In this document: piece after piece, positions 48,077 through 62,325 of the stretch
Layout: each line of letters starts with the position of its first letter
Numbering within the stretch: the first letter of the stretch is position 1
Source: the human T2T-CHM13v2.0 reference genome, Homo sapiens
Length of the DNA stretch: 64,000 bases
Reading direction: 5' to 3' (one strand)
NCBI RefSeq assembly: GCF_009914755.1
Contig: NC_060927.1
The notes under the pieces: model-generated
The model's database searches: none
What the model was told of the DNA's origin: nothing
Seen by the model: only the letters and a program-made list of their open reading frames with translations
Translations under genes and position numbers: made by a program

Positions 48077-48367
48077 TTTTTTTTCATGAAACTGGATCTC
48101 ACTCTCTCGCCCAGGCTGAGTACTGTGATGCAATCACAACTCACTGCAGCCTCAACCTCATGGGCTCAAATGATCTTCCCACCTCAGCTTCCTGCGTAGC
48201 TGGGACTATAGGCACATGCTACGACACCAAGTTAATTTTTTATTTTCTGTAGAGTCAGGGTCTCACTATGTTACCCAGCCTGGTCTTGAACTCCTGGGTT
48301 CAAGCAATCCTCCTACCTCGGCCTCCCAAAGTGTTGGAATAACAGGCATGAGCCACCAAATATGGCC
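48077..48367 (-). mobile_element. AluJ SINE
   Basis: Diverged reverse Alu with J diagnostics (actcactgcagcctcaacc, gggtctcactatgttacccag). Confidence 0.9.
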
Positions 48368-48657
48368 ACAAAAATATAAATTTAAGCAAGAAAATTGTTG
48401 GCTGATGACACTATTCACTTGTTCAAGATTTATTGAGTCACTCTTATAATGCCAGACACTATTTTCAGCCCACAGAGTAGTTCCTGCTCTCATAGAGCTT
48501 ACATTCTAGTGGCAATGGGGTGGCTGGATGGATATTGGTGAAGGGACAATAAACAAGTAAGCAAATAGGTGAATAAGATAATCATAGATCATGGTTTGAA
48601 TAATAGAGAACAGAGAATGACTACAGTATGTTGATTTTGGAATATTAGAAATTTTCC

Positions 48658-49137
<480 letters not shown>

Positions 49138-49514
49138 TCAAAGCAAGAAAAATACATAATAAAAAATACATGGAAGGAAGACAGAGCAGCAGTTGAAAAG
49201 ATCCTGTATTTCTTTTATTATGTTACGGATAGTGGAGACTTCTCTTTAACTCAGTTTATGAAATCGTTTTAAATTTAAGGTCACTACCACAGTAGTTTAT
49301 TGTATAATTTTGTTTTATTTTAAACCAAAGAGATCCACTCATGTTAAAAATCAGTTTAATAAGATTAGCCTTTTAGGAGGTGAATCATTGTCTAACATTT
49401 ATTCATTTATTCACTAAAAATCATTGATAAGATATTGGTATGGGTTAGACAAAGATAAAGGATGCAAGATTTCTGCTTTCAGCGAGATTAGAAACTGACA
49501 GAGTATGCAATCTG

Positions 49515-49891
49515 CAAGCCTACTGTTGATCAGAAGCCTTAACAATCATATAAACAGTCAATTAATACCTAACTTGTATGTTACATCTATTATATACCAT
49601 ATTCTTACAATAAAGTTGGCTAAAGAATAGAAAATATGGTTATGAAAAGCATAAGGAAGAGAAGATGCTTTTACTTTTCATTAAGTGGAAGTGGATCACC
49701 TACTCATTGTTTTCATGCTGAGTAGGCTAAGGAGGAAGAGGAAGAGGAATGGTTGATCTTGCTGTCTCCAGGGTGGCAGAGGTGGAAGAAAATCTGCATT
49801 TTCATGCAGATTTAAACCATGTAGTTTAAACCCATGCAGTTTAAACCCAGGAGCCATGCAGTTTAAACCCAGGTTGTTCAAGAGTCAACTG
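49515..49891. mobile_element. Tigger3-family fragment with one TIR
   Basis: gcctactgttgatcagaagcctta (homologous to 27862) through gttgttcaagagtcaactg|ta. Confidence 0.8.
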
Positions 49892-52800
49892 TAGCATTAA
49901 AAACTTTGGGAAAGTTTAGCTGATACTATGGAGACCTCAGGAATAATCCCCAAGTGGAGCCTGAGACCCTCTGTGTAATGATGTTTTTGTCTTATGAGTT
50001 GCAGATGGGATTTAAAAGATGATGAGTATTATCTGTTGTTTTTAAGCAAGGTTTTTCAAGATATTTGTGCCTCTTCTCAAAGACAAATTGCATGCCTGCA
50101 AAAAGACTGTAGAACAAACATCATTTGTAAATTCCATATTGAAAGTACCTCTTGGTTTAAAAATCATACTTGCTTTAAAAATTCTGTTTAAAAATTATTA
50201 TTTCTGAAAGAGCATGATGCGATACCTGAGATAAGAGTTGTGAGTAGATGCCGTGATGGGAATATTTTCTCTGCCATTGGCAAGGTAGTGAAAGGATGAG
50301 AACACCTTCTTTCTTACTTTGCCAGATTCACAGAGGCTGGGTTCCAAAGCAAGGGCAGCCCTTGGCCATTTCCTGATTGCAGAGAAAACAGCTCCCGGTC
50401 TAGGGCTAATTTCGTACAGCTGGAGAACTCCAACTTCGGGTAGCAGGCAGGAAAGGTACCAGGGAAATCTGGGCATTATTGTATACCACATTGAGGAAAG
50501 CATAAATAGAGAGTGAAACACATCTCAGTCTCTTGGTGTCTTGTAATTTTGACTTTGTTGTAATAAACAATTGAAATACTGCGTGGCCACGGTAGTCCCT
50601 AAAGTAGTTGGAGGTCAGATTTTACTGACTTTTGATGTTAGACTAAGGAGTTTCAGCTTTGTTTTAACAAAAGCTCGGAGGAATAGGCATTTTTTGTTCA
50701 TGCTGTTGCTTTGGTTACAAGAATGAATTGCTCAGAGTTGTATATTAAAGTGTACTTAATGTTTATGTGAAAAATAGAGTTGGAGGACAAAGAAACTTCA
50801 GGGCTTATGCCCATGTAATTGGTAATGTTTTCTCCCTACAAAAAGGCCATATTTTCCCCATAGAAAGATAATTTTTTAATGTGCCCTACAGCATTCAAAG
50901 GTAATTTATTTTTCTGTAAGGTTTTTTTTCACATATATATGAGAAGATCTTGGGTCGATTTAAACATATTTTTCTAGCAAGGCTCTCATAAGTTAAATAT
51001 GTGTATTTTCCAATATCCACTTGACTAAGCATGTTTCAACCATGTGTACTGTGACTGGAATGTGTAATTCATGCATATATTGAAGAGAATTACAGTTTAG
51101 GATGGATTCAGAATGATATTGCCATGAAATTTTATGGATCAAATGGAGATTATTATATTTTCTGGAGTCATGCTGTTCTTATAAAGGCCTTAGGTATGGA
51201 ATGAATATCTCATTTCCTTTTGCTAATCACAAGGGTCTGGACAGTGGATGACAGGTAACACAAGCTTTCATGTTACATTAGTCAGTGTGCAAAGGAATCT
51301 TAGAAGCTTTTTCTATTCCTAAATATGTTTATTTCTTAATGAGAAAGTTATAATGTGGTCTTTCAACAGTCTTTCTGTTAGATAAATTGAAAAATCAGTT
51401 TATCAGCATTCAGCTGAGACTACACATCAAATAAAACACTAAAGTGATTCCAAAAGAGATTTATAATTTGAAATAACTGGGCAGTTGAAAAAAAAATTCT
51501 TGAGCAGGACCATTCAAAAAGCCTGATTCTGTAGTTCTGGTATGGCTTTGAAATCTGTTTTATAAAATAAAACCAGGTTTGAGAAACATTGCTTTATTAA
51601 GTCATGGGATAGTATAAAATAAAAATAGATATACAATAGAAAATAGAAATAGAGGCTTTCCCTTTTATTTTGCTTTCTAGTTTGGCTGAAGGAATACATG
51701 AAAACACTAAGTGATACTTTAAAAGCTAGGGCATGGCTATGTGTTTGTGTGTGTGTGCACATATTTTATATGTGAACATATTAACATACATTAATTTAGC
51801 CATCCAAGGTAGAATTTGGCTGAAACAAAAACAATCTCAATAAACAGTACAAAAATTCATTTAAAATTAAGAATTCTTTTAAGATAAACTTTAGATAACA
51901 GAGTGATATTTCAATTTTAATTTTATAATTCTGTATTATAAAATTACTTCTAGCACAGTAACTTTTCTTTATGACATTTTAAAAATTAATTGTCTTTAAA
52001 ATTGATTATTACTCTTTTATGCTGAAAGCAAATATTTATTTTATAGATGAGCTGGGAATAACTAATGAAAATATTTATATATTCTGTCTGCCCTGAATTC
52101 TTCATTTTAATAAAGTAACATGACCTTATTTTTTCTTAAATAACATTACATTTGATTAAATTATTTTAACATAAATGTATTGGACAAAAATAGCCCCAAG
52201 TCTGACGACATATTCTCTGCTTGCATTTCAATATTCACCAGTTTTTAATGGTACATCTAACTCACTGTTAACATTCATGTCTTCTTTTCCTACTAATTAG
52301 TCTAAGGGTTTTCAATTTTGTTTAGAAATATAATTTACAGATGATCACTTTTTTACTTACTATAGTTTAAATAACAAAAATAATGCTACTTTATATATAT
52401 GGATTTTAGAGTTAACAGAACCTTTCTTTATACAATCTCATTGACTTCTCACAGCAACACTATAATGTAGTAGGGGATAACTTTCACAGATTTATAGGTG
52501 GTGAAATTAGACTCCATGAAGGTAAATTACTTGCTCAAGGTTGCATTGTTAGTAATTATCAAAACTGAGACTTGGTCTCAATGTTAGAACTGGTTTGTGA
52601 ATAACAGAAGTTATAAAATCAGATGCCTGCACTGGCTTTGGAATGAATGTATATGAGCGAAGACTGAGCACAAGTCATTGGGGAGTGAAGTGGTGAACTG
52701 GAAGACATGTCTTGTCTGTAGGGAGCAACAGGATTTTGAAGTAACTTGGTTTGAGCTACTTTGGGCATAGGGTGGCCAGACTTGATTTTTTGAGACAATC

Positions 52801-53320
52801 TCAAATTCTAAATTTTATGTGATATGCCTTTGTTTTTAATGTTGGCAACTAATTGAAAAAGTTGAAATAAATGGTCTAAGCAAGACATATCTGAGAGCCA
52901 GTGCCATGGCCAATTTACACTGGGTGTGGGGAACCTGACTATTCACAGAGCTGTTGTGCAGTGACAGAGATCTAAATCCTCTTCTCTAGAATTGACCCAG
53001 GATCTATAACCCTAAGGAAGTATTCAGTGACAAATCTTTTTCACTTGACTCCCTTGATTGACTGTTTCTTCTTTCATCTGTTTAAACCAAATATACTGTA
53101 TGCCAACCATGCACTTGGCACTGTAATGCAAAGAAGAACATCATATAGTGTTTGCTCACAAGTCTCATTCCAAAACATTCTAGAAGGCAGTACAAAAGGA
53201 AGGGTTGGAAGCAAAATAAAAAAACTTTACTGTGAAGGTGGTATTTAAAAATGCATTTTCCTATGCAAACTATAGTCCTGTTACACAAAAGTTAAAGGGT
53301 ATTATGTGGGTGTGTAAATA

Positions 53321-53772
<452 letters not shown>

Positions 53773-54237
53773 TAAACAAAAATCTATGCTAAGTATATAT
53801 TTCATGGTTCCATACAACTCTTCCTTATATAGACAACCCTAAAAAGAAAAATGTTACTTTATTTATGGTTTCCAGTATAGCACTATCTTATTCTTGGGCA
53901 ATTAGAATAATACTAGATTAAACATTTAATATTTCATCACAACCTTGATTTTTCTGAATCTGTGTATTTTCTAATCACAATTTTAATATTTTTTATTACT
54001 TGATGCCACAAAGAGCTTTCACACTCTACTTTTATTGAAAGATGTACTTGCTCTTTGAAAATATGACTATATTAAATGAATAATAAAGCTTGAAATTATT
54101 TATATTTAATTTTTGCATGCCTGTATCTGTAGACATAACACATATGTGTCAATATGTATACATATGTGTTGAGAGAGAGAGGTTGGTTTTATATCATTTG
54201 ATGAGTTGCACTGCATCTAATCAGGAGAACCTGTTTT

Positions 54238-54551
54238 GTTTTTGTTTTTGTTTTGTTGTTGTTGTTTTGAGATGGAGTTGGAATTTCACTCTTATCGCCC
54301 AGGAAATGGTGCTACCTTGGCTCACTGCAACCTCTGCCTCCCAGGTTCAAGTGATGATTTTCCTGCCTCAGCCTCCCAAGTAGCTGGGATTACAGGCTCC
54401 TGCCACCGAGCCCAGCTAATTTTTGTATTTTTAGTAGAGATGGGGTTTCACCATGTTGGCCAGGCTGGTCTTGAACTCCTGACCTCAGGAGATCACCTGC
54501 CTCGGCCTCTCAAAGTGCTGGGATTACAGGCATGAGCCACCAAGCCCAGCT
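54238..54551 (-). mobile_element. AluS (Sq-like) SINE
   Basis: Reverse Alu; TSD ga(g/a)aacctgtttt at 54225-54237 and 54552-54564. Confidence 0.92.
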
Positions 54552-56008
54552 GAAAACCTGTTTTAACTCATTGTATTACTCTCTATGACTTGTCAGAGAG
54601 TTCACAGATGAATTCCATATATAGTCTTAGAAATTAGATGAGCATACTTGTAGTTGTCCTTCTTTCTGATTTTCTAGTTATATAAAATACATATATATAC
54701 GTTTATATTATATACTTTTCCATTACATCCTTATGCATAACATATATTTAGGATTTCTTTGCTCTTTATTTTATTTTTGCTCTTCATTTTCAATACTCTT
54801 CCTCTAGCCTATTTCCAATATTTGAAAACTACATATATGCTCATCTGATTTCTAAGACTATGTATCAGATTAGTCTCTGGACCCTCTGACAAGTCATAGA
54901 GAGTAATACAATGAGTTAAAACAAGTTTTCATGATTTCTAATATTGGAAATAGGCTAGAGGGAAAGAACAGCAGAAAGAAATATATCATCCCCAAATTCC
55001 TTTATACATACATACACACAGATGAATGGAATATAACCTAGCCTAATTTTTCTCAAGTGGCAGAATTAATTCATGTGGAAGCTGAAGATGAGACATAGGG
55101 TTCCTATTTCTTATATCTCTTTTGGTAATAAATAGTACATTGTTTTAGGCTGAGTATTAAAATCTTTTTATATCTCTGTGGCAAGACATTGCTCATATCT
55201 ATCTTATATACAACAAAGCATTTCTTGCACTTCTCTTGAGAAGTAGATGTATTAGAAAGCACATAGATGAAGGAAAATTTATAAATCCACTTTTATAAAG
55301 CTATTTCAATATAAGTGGCAAGTCATCAATAATAAGATAATAATAGCTATGATAACAAATGTTTTACATTTGTTTAAACAAATTTATTTTTTATTCATCA
55401 TGTGCAATAAACTTTACCTTCAGATGATGGTGAAATGTGGTTCAGGGATTGGGTAGAAGATTTTAACCTTAATCCAAAGGTACCTTCTAATAAGAACCTA
55501 CTTGTGTGTGTATCTTTGTCATTTAAATTGCTATGAGGGACATTGAATGTCTATAAAATATTGTTTCTCAAATACAATTCATCAAAATGCTCCATGGAAA
55601 AGGTGATCAAATAAGTAGGCAAAACACCATATATCCATTTCTTTTCTTAGAAATCCACAGCTTATGTAAGCATATTAAAGCCTCTCAGTATGCCAACTAG
55701 TATGTTAAGATGTTATTGAAGGTAGTTTAACCCAGTATTTCCCTGCATTATTTGACCATTGGCCCCTTTTCCTCTAATAGCTGTGTCAACGTCTATTTAC
55801 AACTAGTGTTCAGAACACATTAGTGAAAAACAAGTTTTAAAGATATGGAATTCATCTTAAGAATTTTTGTTTTCCTTTTAAGTGTTGCTGTAACAGCAAA
55901 TCAGTAGTTACGGTCGTAATTGTTAACTTGCTGAGAAATGAGTTTATGTTATAGGAAATGTGAGTAGAGAAAGCTCAGTTATTTTTAGAGGAAATTAAGA
56001 ATGGAAAA

Positions 56009-56089
56009 ATTAGGATGTAGAATATGAAGAGACATATTAGGATGTAGAATATGAAGAGACAAATTAGGATGTAGAATATGAAGAGACAA
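56009..56089 (+). repeat. Minisatellite, 27-bp unit x3
   Basis: attaggatgtagaatatgaagagaca(t/a) starting at 56009, 56036 and 56063. Confidence 0.95.
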
Positions 56090-57279
56090 ACAGAAATGTC
56101 TTAGCACGCCAGGCTTCAGTGAAGTTGCATTTTCCTCTATAGATTTATCCATGATTGATTTATGATGCCTTGTGAAAGTAAATCTATATGAAAATAATTT
56201 ATTGCATTTAGCCTAATTATCTTTTCCTTATGCATTTGGCCCTATTCACTTAGTTTATCTTTACTAGGAGAACAACTGTCCAGGTTCTTTAATATCTCGG
56301 GTGTTCCTTTATCTCCTTCAGGAAAAAAATGATACCCTTCTACCTCATGTAAGTTCTGCTAATATCTCTTATTTTTATTTTTAGCTTTCCATTATTATAA
56401 AATTGTGCTATCATTTAGAATATGATTTGAAAACTATTGTTCATGGAATATGATGATATGTTCACATGTAATCATTGACCTCAAAATTTTCTGTTGCATT
56501 GTTATCAGTGCTCGTAATTAAGTTCCTTGGTTACCAACACAATTGCTGCTTAATGCCTATTTTAGCTTCATCTAGGCTATTGGCTTTTAGAAAGTTAACA
56601 ATTGAGGAGGACAACTCAGTTTATTATGTAGCGTATTTGAGGACCAAACAAAACTTGGAGTGGATACATGCTACCTGTAGTAAAGTCTGTTTTGTGCATG
56701 TGGACAAGCAATATTAAGAAAAGGCATTGAAAGAAAGTTGAAAAGCAGCTTTTGAGCATCTTTTACTAATAATTCTTTGCCTTTATACAGCACTTATTAA
56801 AACCTGGCTACATAATTGCTTTCTTTTTTTAAATAAAAACAATAACTTAGGCTTTATTAATCAAATTGTTTGAGAGGAAATATCTGGGACACTGATAATA
56901 TTGAGTGATTTACCAAATGTCATGTGGTTAATAAAGGAACAGAGCTCAGACTGAGATATTTTTTCTAACCTTCCATTTGTGCTTTTCTCTAAAGTTAAGG
57001 TTTCCTATGCTTCAAATCATAGGCAAAGAGCACATTCTATTTTCTAATAACTGCCCACTCAAAGTTTGAATTACTGGCTTCTGCCACCTTCTTTATTTTT
57101 AAATGGAAGTTTAAACTAAACTTACTTATTGAAATATAACACATATATATGGAAAGATTAAAATCCTATGTTTAAAACTCAGTGGAATTTCACAAAATGA
57201 GCAAAACCATGTAATCCACCACCCAAATCAAAAGAGAGTACATTACCAGCACACTAGAAGCTTGTCCCATAACCAGCCC

Positions 57280-57570
57280 AGCCAACAGACCTAGGGAAGG
57301 AAGAATTGGGTGGGAAAATATTAGACTGCAGTCTAGTTCAAAGAAAGTTCAGCAAAGCTGATGGAGTCCTGCAGCCAAACCTACCCATCAAAGAGTCTCA
57401 CATCTCCCAGAACAAGGCCTGCTTTAGTATCCTCGCAGCACTCAGTCAATGGCTGGGAGAACACAATGGGAATTGTGGCCTCTGAATAAAGTGATAGATT
57501 TTAGAGTGCAACAGCTGAGCTGTCAGTTAATTATACTCTGTGAAGTTAGAAATCCATGGCCATGACAGTG
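57280..57570. mobile_element. LTR16-like ERVL LTR remnant
   Basis: tagactgcagtctagttcaaagaaagttcagc...gatggagtcc...ctcagtcaatggctgggag pattern. Confidence 0.45.
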
Positions 57571-57574
57571 CTAT

Positions 57575-58640
57575 AGAGGGATATCTTCGTGACTTTGTTA
57601 TTCATAAAGTTTTCTTAAATGGGACACTGAAAACACCAACCATAATGTATTAGTTTGTTCTCACATTGCTATACGGATATATCCAAGACTGGATAATTTA
57701 TAAAGGAAAGGGGTTTAATCGATTCACAGTTCCACATGGCTGGGGAGGCCTCACAATCATGGCAGAAGGTGAAGGAAGAGCAAAGGCATGTCTTACATGG
57801 CAGCAGGCAAGAGACTGTGTGCAGGGGAACTGCCCTTTATAAAGCCATCAGATCTCGTGAAACTTATTCACTATCACGAGAACAGTATGGGAAAAACCCG
57901 CTCCCATGATTCAGTTACCTCCCACAGGTCCCTCCCACAACACATGGGGATTATGGGAGCTATAGTGCATGGTGAGATTTGGGTGGGACACAGCCAAACC
58001 ATATCACATAAAGTGAAAAAATCCTATTATATTCAATTAAGAACTTCTATAAATCAAAAGACATCATTAAGATAGAAGGAAAACCACTGAGAGAAGATAT
58101 TTATAATACAGATTTCACAAAGGGCACATAGATATCAAATATAAGAATCTCTACAAATCAAACAGAAAAACCCAATGGAAAAATAGGCAAAAGACTTAAT
58201 AGGTGGTTTATGGAATATCCAAAGAGCCAGTAATCATATGAAAAATTGCTCATTCTCATTAGTTATCAAGGGAATGCAAACAAAAGCAAATTAAAATGCC
58301 ACACTACACACTAACTATAATGATTACATAAAAAAGACTGACATGTCAGCATTCATGTGGACCAACTAGAACTCTCATAAATGGTGATGGATATGTAAAT
58401 TAATAAAACCATTCTGAAAGACTGGCAGTATCTGTTATAGATGAACATACACATACTCTAAGTTCCAACATACATATTTTTCCTAAATGTCATGTACAGT
58501 GATGTTCACAGCAGCATCATATATATAGCAGCCCCAAACTGGAATCAACCCAAATGTCCATCCACAGTAGAATGGATAAATGAATAATGGTAATTCATAC
58601 AATAGAATGCTATAAGTAATAAAAGTAAACAAGTGCTTCT
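57575..58640 (+). mobile_element. Old L1M ORF2 3' fragment, interrupted by a THE1 LTR
   Basis: aaaataggcaaaagactt...tagttatcaagggaatgcaaa...caaactggaatcaacccaaatgtccatc. Confidence 0.7.
57646..58006 (-). mobile_element. THE1 (B/C-like) MaLR solo LTR
   Basis: tgtattagtttgttctcac...cagccaaaccatatca; perfect 5-bp TSD cataa at 57641-57645 and 58007-58011. Confidence 0.93.
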
Positions 58641-59347
58641 TTTTTTGTGTGTTCATTATCTTTGAGCTTTTGTTCTTCATATTCATGTTTCTGTCTGGTT
58701 TTCTTTTAAATCAGTAAAGCAGGCACTGGAGTGGAATAAATGCAAAGATTTCTATCCTTTGGGACTTTACAATTTAGTAGGAGAGAAAAACATGTAAAAT
58801 AAATACTTTAATTTCAAGTATAATGTGTCATGAGCTGAGAGGCTGGAACTCATGGTCTATGATTTTAGCACAGAGGTAATTTTTGTAGTGGTAGTGCAAG
58901 GTAAGGTTTTAGTGGAAGTAGGATATGAGCTAATTCTTGAATTAATAATAGGATTCATATATATGGACAATGGCAGAGTAGCTAGAGTTTAGGGAAATGT
59001 TCAACAAAAAAACTTGACAAGTATTTGTGAACAATATTGGAAGGCCTTATAATGTCATTAGCCAAAAATTCATAAACTTATGTAAATTGAAGTACTAATG
59101 TAGAGAAAATATTGATTTATAATTTTAAGGCCTACGCATAAGGTCATGTTATTCTTCTTTCCAAGTTTTTCTCCCTAATCTCATTGATACTTTAGAGTTC
59201 TGAGCTTCTGTGAGTCTGAGAAATGCATTGAAAACACAAATATTTTCTACTCACTTATTTTCAGGAAAACAGCTGCAACTTATCTCAGGATTTATTTTAT
59301 TTAGGCTTCTTCTCTTGGTTTGTCATAATATTTAGTAATAAGATGGC

Positions 59348-59350
<3 letters not shown>

Positions 59351-59384
<34 letters not shown>
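59351..59384 (+). repeat. (GT)17 microsatellite
   Basis: Direct reading. Confidence 0.97.
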
Positions 59385-59386
<2 letters not shown>

Positions 59387-60007
59387 GAAATGTGGTTTAC
59401 ATAATTTATATCCTTGGCTAAATTTCTCTTGGCATACAGAAAAGGAGAAAGTGGTCAAACCCATTTATTTGCATTATACTCTGCTATGCTTTTGATAAAT
59501 CATAAAATTTTGTTAAGGTCTGAGTGTGTGCCACAGTTTCTCTAAAGTTAGTGAAGTGTACTTGGGTACTCAATAAATATTAAATGACATTAGACTTTTC
59601 AAAGCTGTCTCTTATTTCCTGATTTTAAAAATAAAGATTAATTAGATATCATAATAATGAAATCAATGATTCTTAAATTAAGACTCTTGTTGTCTGGTAG
59701 CAAATTAGAAAGGGCTAACTTGACATTACTAGGGAGTTTTCTTTTTCTCAGGTGCCATAATTATCCCACAAAAATAATTGTCAGATAGATGAGATCTGGC
59801 AAAAAAAATCTTTATATTTTAGTAAGCATGTCAGAAATTTATGTATAAGCAAGAGCTGTCACTCAAAAAGCTCAAATTGAGAAGCTGCTCTCATGTTCCC
59901 CTGCACACAGGTTGTTACCTGCTGCCATGTTTTCTTTAGTGCAAATGTTTTCGGAAGTGCTTCACTTTTGAACTGATTTCAGAACCAGTTTATGAGCCTT
60001 GTAATAA

Positions 60008-60318
<311 letters not shown>

Positions 60319-60502
60319 TATTTTATGTTTATTTTTAACCAAACCTTGTACTGCAGTGTGACTGCATGCATATTTATTTTTTAGAATTAAAAATTAATTA
60401 CATTAATGAATTAAAAGGAATTCATTGTTATCTGTGAAGACACTGTAAAATAGTAGTAACTAACAAAGAGTAAATTCTTAGAATACTGGATAAATATTTG
60501 GA

Positions 60503-60821
60503 ACATGAACAACAGTCATTTAAATTATTTTGCTGCTGTTGTTGTTAAAGAATATGTGCTTTAAGCCACCACCGTAAACTAGATAAACCTCAATATGTAT
60601 CCTCTCAAAGATGATTTTGAACTTTTTCATGTGATACTAAAGAAGATTCTGTAAATGTTACATGAACAACAGTCATTTAAATTATTTTGCTGCTGTTGTT
60701 GTTAAAGAATATGTGCTTTAAGCCACCACCGTAAACTAGATAAACCTCAATATGTATCCTCTCAAAGATGATTTTGAACTTTTTCATGTGATACTAAAGA
60801 AGATTCTGTAAATGTTACATG
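60503..60821 (+). repeat. Perfect 157-bp tandem duplication
   Basis: 60503-60659 is identical to 60660-60816, with 5-bp junction microhomology acatg. Confidence 0.96.
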
Positions 60822-61179
60822 GCAGACGTTAATAATGAAGCACTTCAATAAATAGCAAATAATCAATGAGTGTTAGCTGTTATGTTTTAATATCCCTTTG
60901 AATATTTTTACCAAATTAAAGTATTAAAGTTTCTATAATTTTATTTAAAAATTAACTATAATATAACATGGATTTAAAATGAAAAATGGAATAATTTAGA
61001 TAATTTAAAGTGACTTTCTTTATATTAAAAACATACTGTCTATATTTAGCTATTAAACATACCATTAACTAAAAAAGAGAATTTAAATTACCTTACTTTA
61101 TCAGTTTTAACATATAAAAGTTTTAAAACACATTTTAACATCTCCAAAATCAGAACATTGCCTATTATCAAGTGTGTGT

Positions 61180-61670
61180 TAAAATCTTTAGGATTCAGGT
61201 AGGGGTGATGTTGTTGTTCTTACCGGTGGATACATAAACTTATCATAGCTATTTATGTATCACTTCAAGTGAGTTATGTGTATCAATGGTACTTTACACA
61301 TGCCGAGTTTAATATTTGTTTAAAATGTCTTCTAAAATATTATGTTTTGGCATTGAAATGAAAAGTTATTGTACACACAGAAGGGCCTGGCAGAAGAGTA
61401 ACTGAGCAAACATTTTATATCAATGGAGCAAATATCGGCTACTGGAGGAAGAACTACAGCAAACAATCAAATATTTCACATGGACCAGTAAAGAATACCC
61501 TGAAGTAGGTGAAGCTCTGTTACATTCTGTTACTAAGATTTCCGCAAAAGAATTCCCCATCATGCAGAGAGAAACAGAACTGAAGGATAGAGAAATTTCC
61601 AAATTTCCCAAAATAGATAAATTTCAAAACAGACACTCTAGTATGACTGCATGCATTGTGCATGTTGTTG
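61180..61670 (+). mobile_element. Kanga/Tc2-type (pogo-related) transposase 5' fragment, decayed
   Basis: Frameshifted translation from 61325: MSSK.. ALK*KVIVHTEGPGRR..FYINGANIGYWRK.. EYPEVGEALLHSV..AKEFPI..ELKDREIS, resembling Brinker-type and CENP-B HTH DNA-binding domains. Confidence 0.65.
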
Positions 61671-62325
61671 AACTTCTTTCGAAAAAACTTCCTAATGACT
61701 TTAAAGAAGCTTATTTCCAGCAAGATATGATTTAATTGAGAAAAAAATGAAAATGTGAGTGTTCTCAAATGGAGAAGTGTCAGCCTCAAAGCTCACAGAA
61801 TTGGTATTAGCAACTTAGAAGAAAATCCTGGAGACAAATGGAGCATTCTTTTCAGAAGTGTTTTTTCACCATTACTTTTTTTGTTTAAGGTTCCAGATTA
61901 AACTGTTTAGTATTTCAAGGACATGAAAAGCAGGTCAATATGGTCTTTGCTAAAATTATTATTTAAAACTACATTATAAAGCATCTGCTTGCTGTTTCCA
62001 TTTGATTTTCTCTCCTCTGACCCCTCCTTTAGAAATTTTTTACTCTTTGTTATGGAAATTTCCAAACTAAAAATAGTAGTATGGTGAACTACCATGTACA
62101 CATCACCTAGCTTCCATAATTATCAACATAAATAAGGCCGGTCTGTTTCATCTAAACTTTCTACCTCACCCCACTTTCTTTCGGCACCTCGAAAAGAGTA
62201 AGTTAGGATAAATCTCAAACATCATATGCTTTCATTCATAAACTTAAGAGATAAGGGCTTCCCTTCTCCCTCCCTTCCTTCCTTTTTTCCTTCCTCTCTC
62301 TCTCTCTTTTTCTTTTCCTTCTTCT

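Noticed and set aside
56009-56089. 27-bp repeats as a CRISPR-like array
   Set aside because: The units are head-to-tail with no spacers, there are no cas genes, and the context is primate DNA
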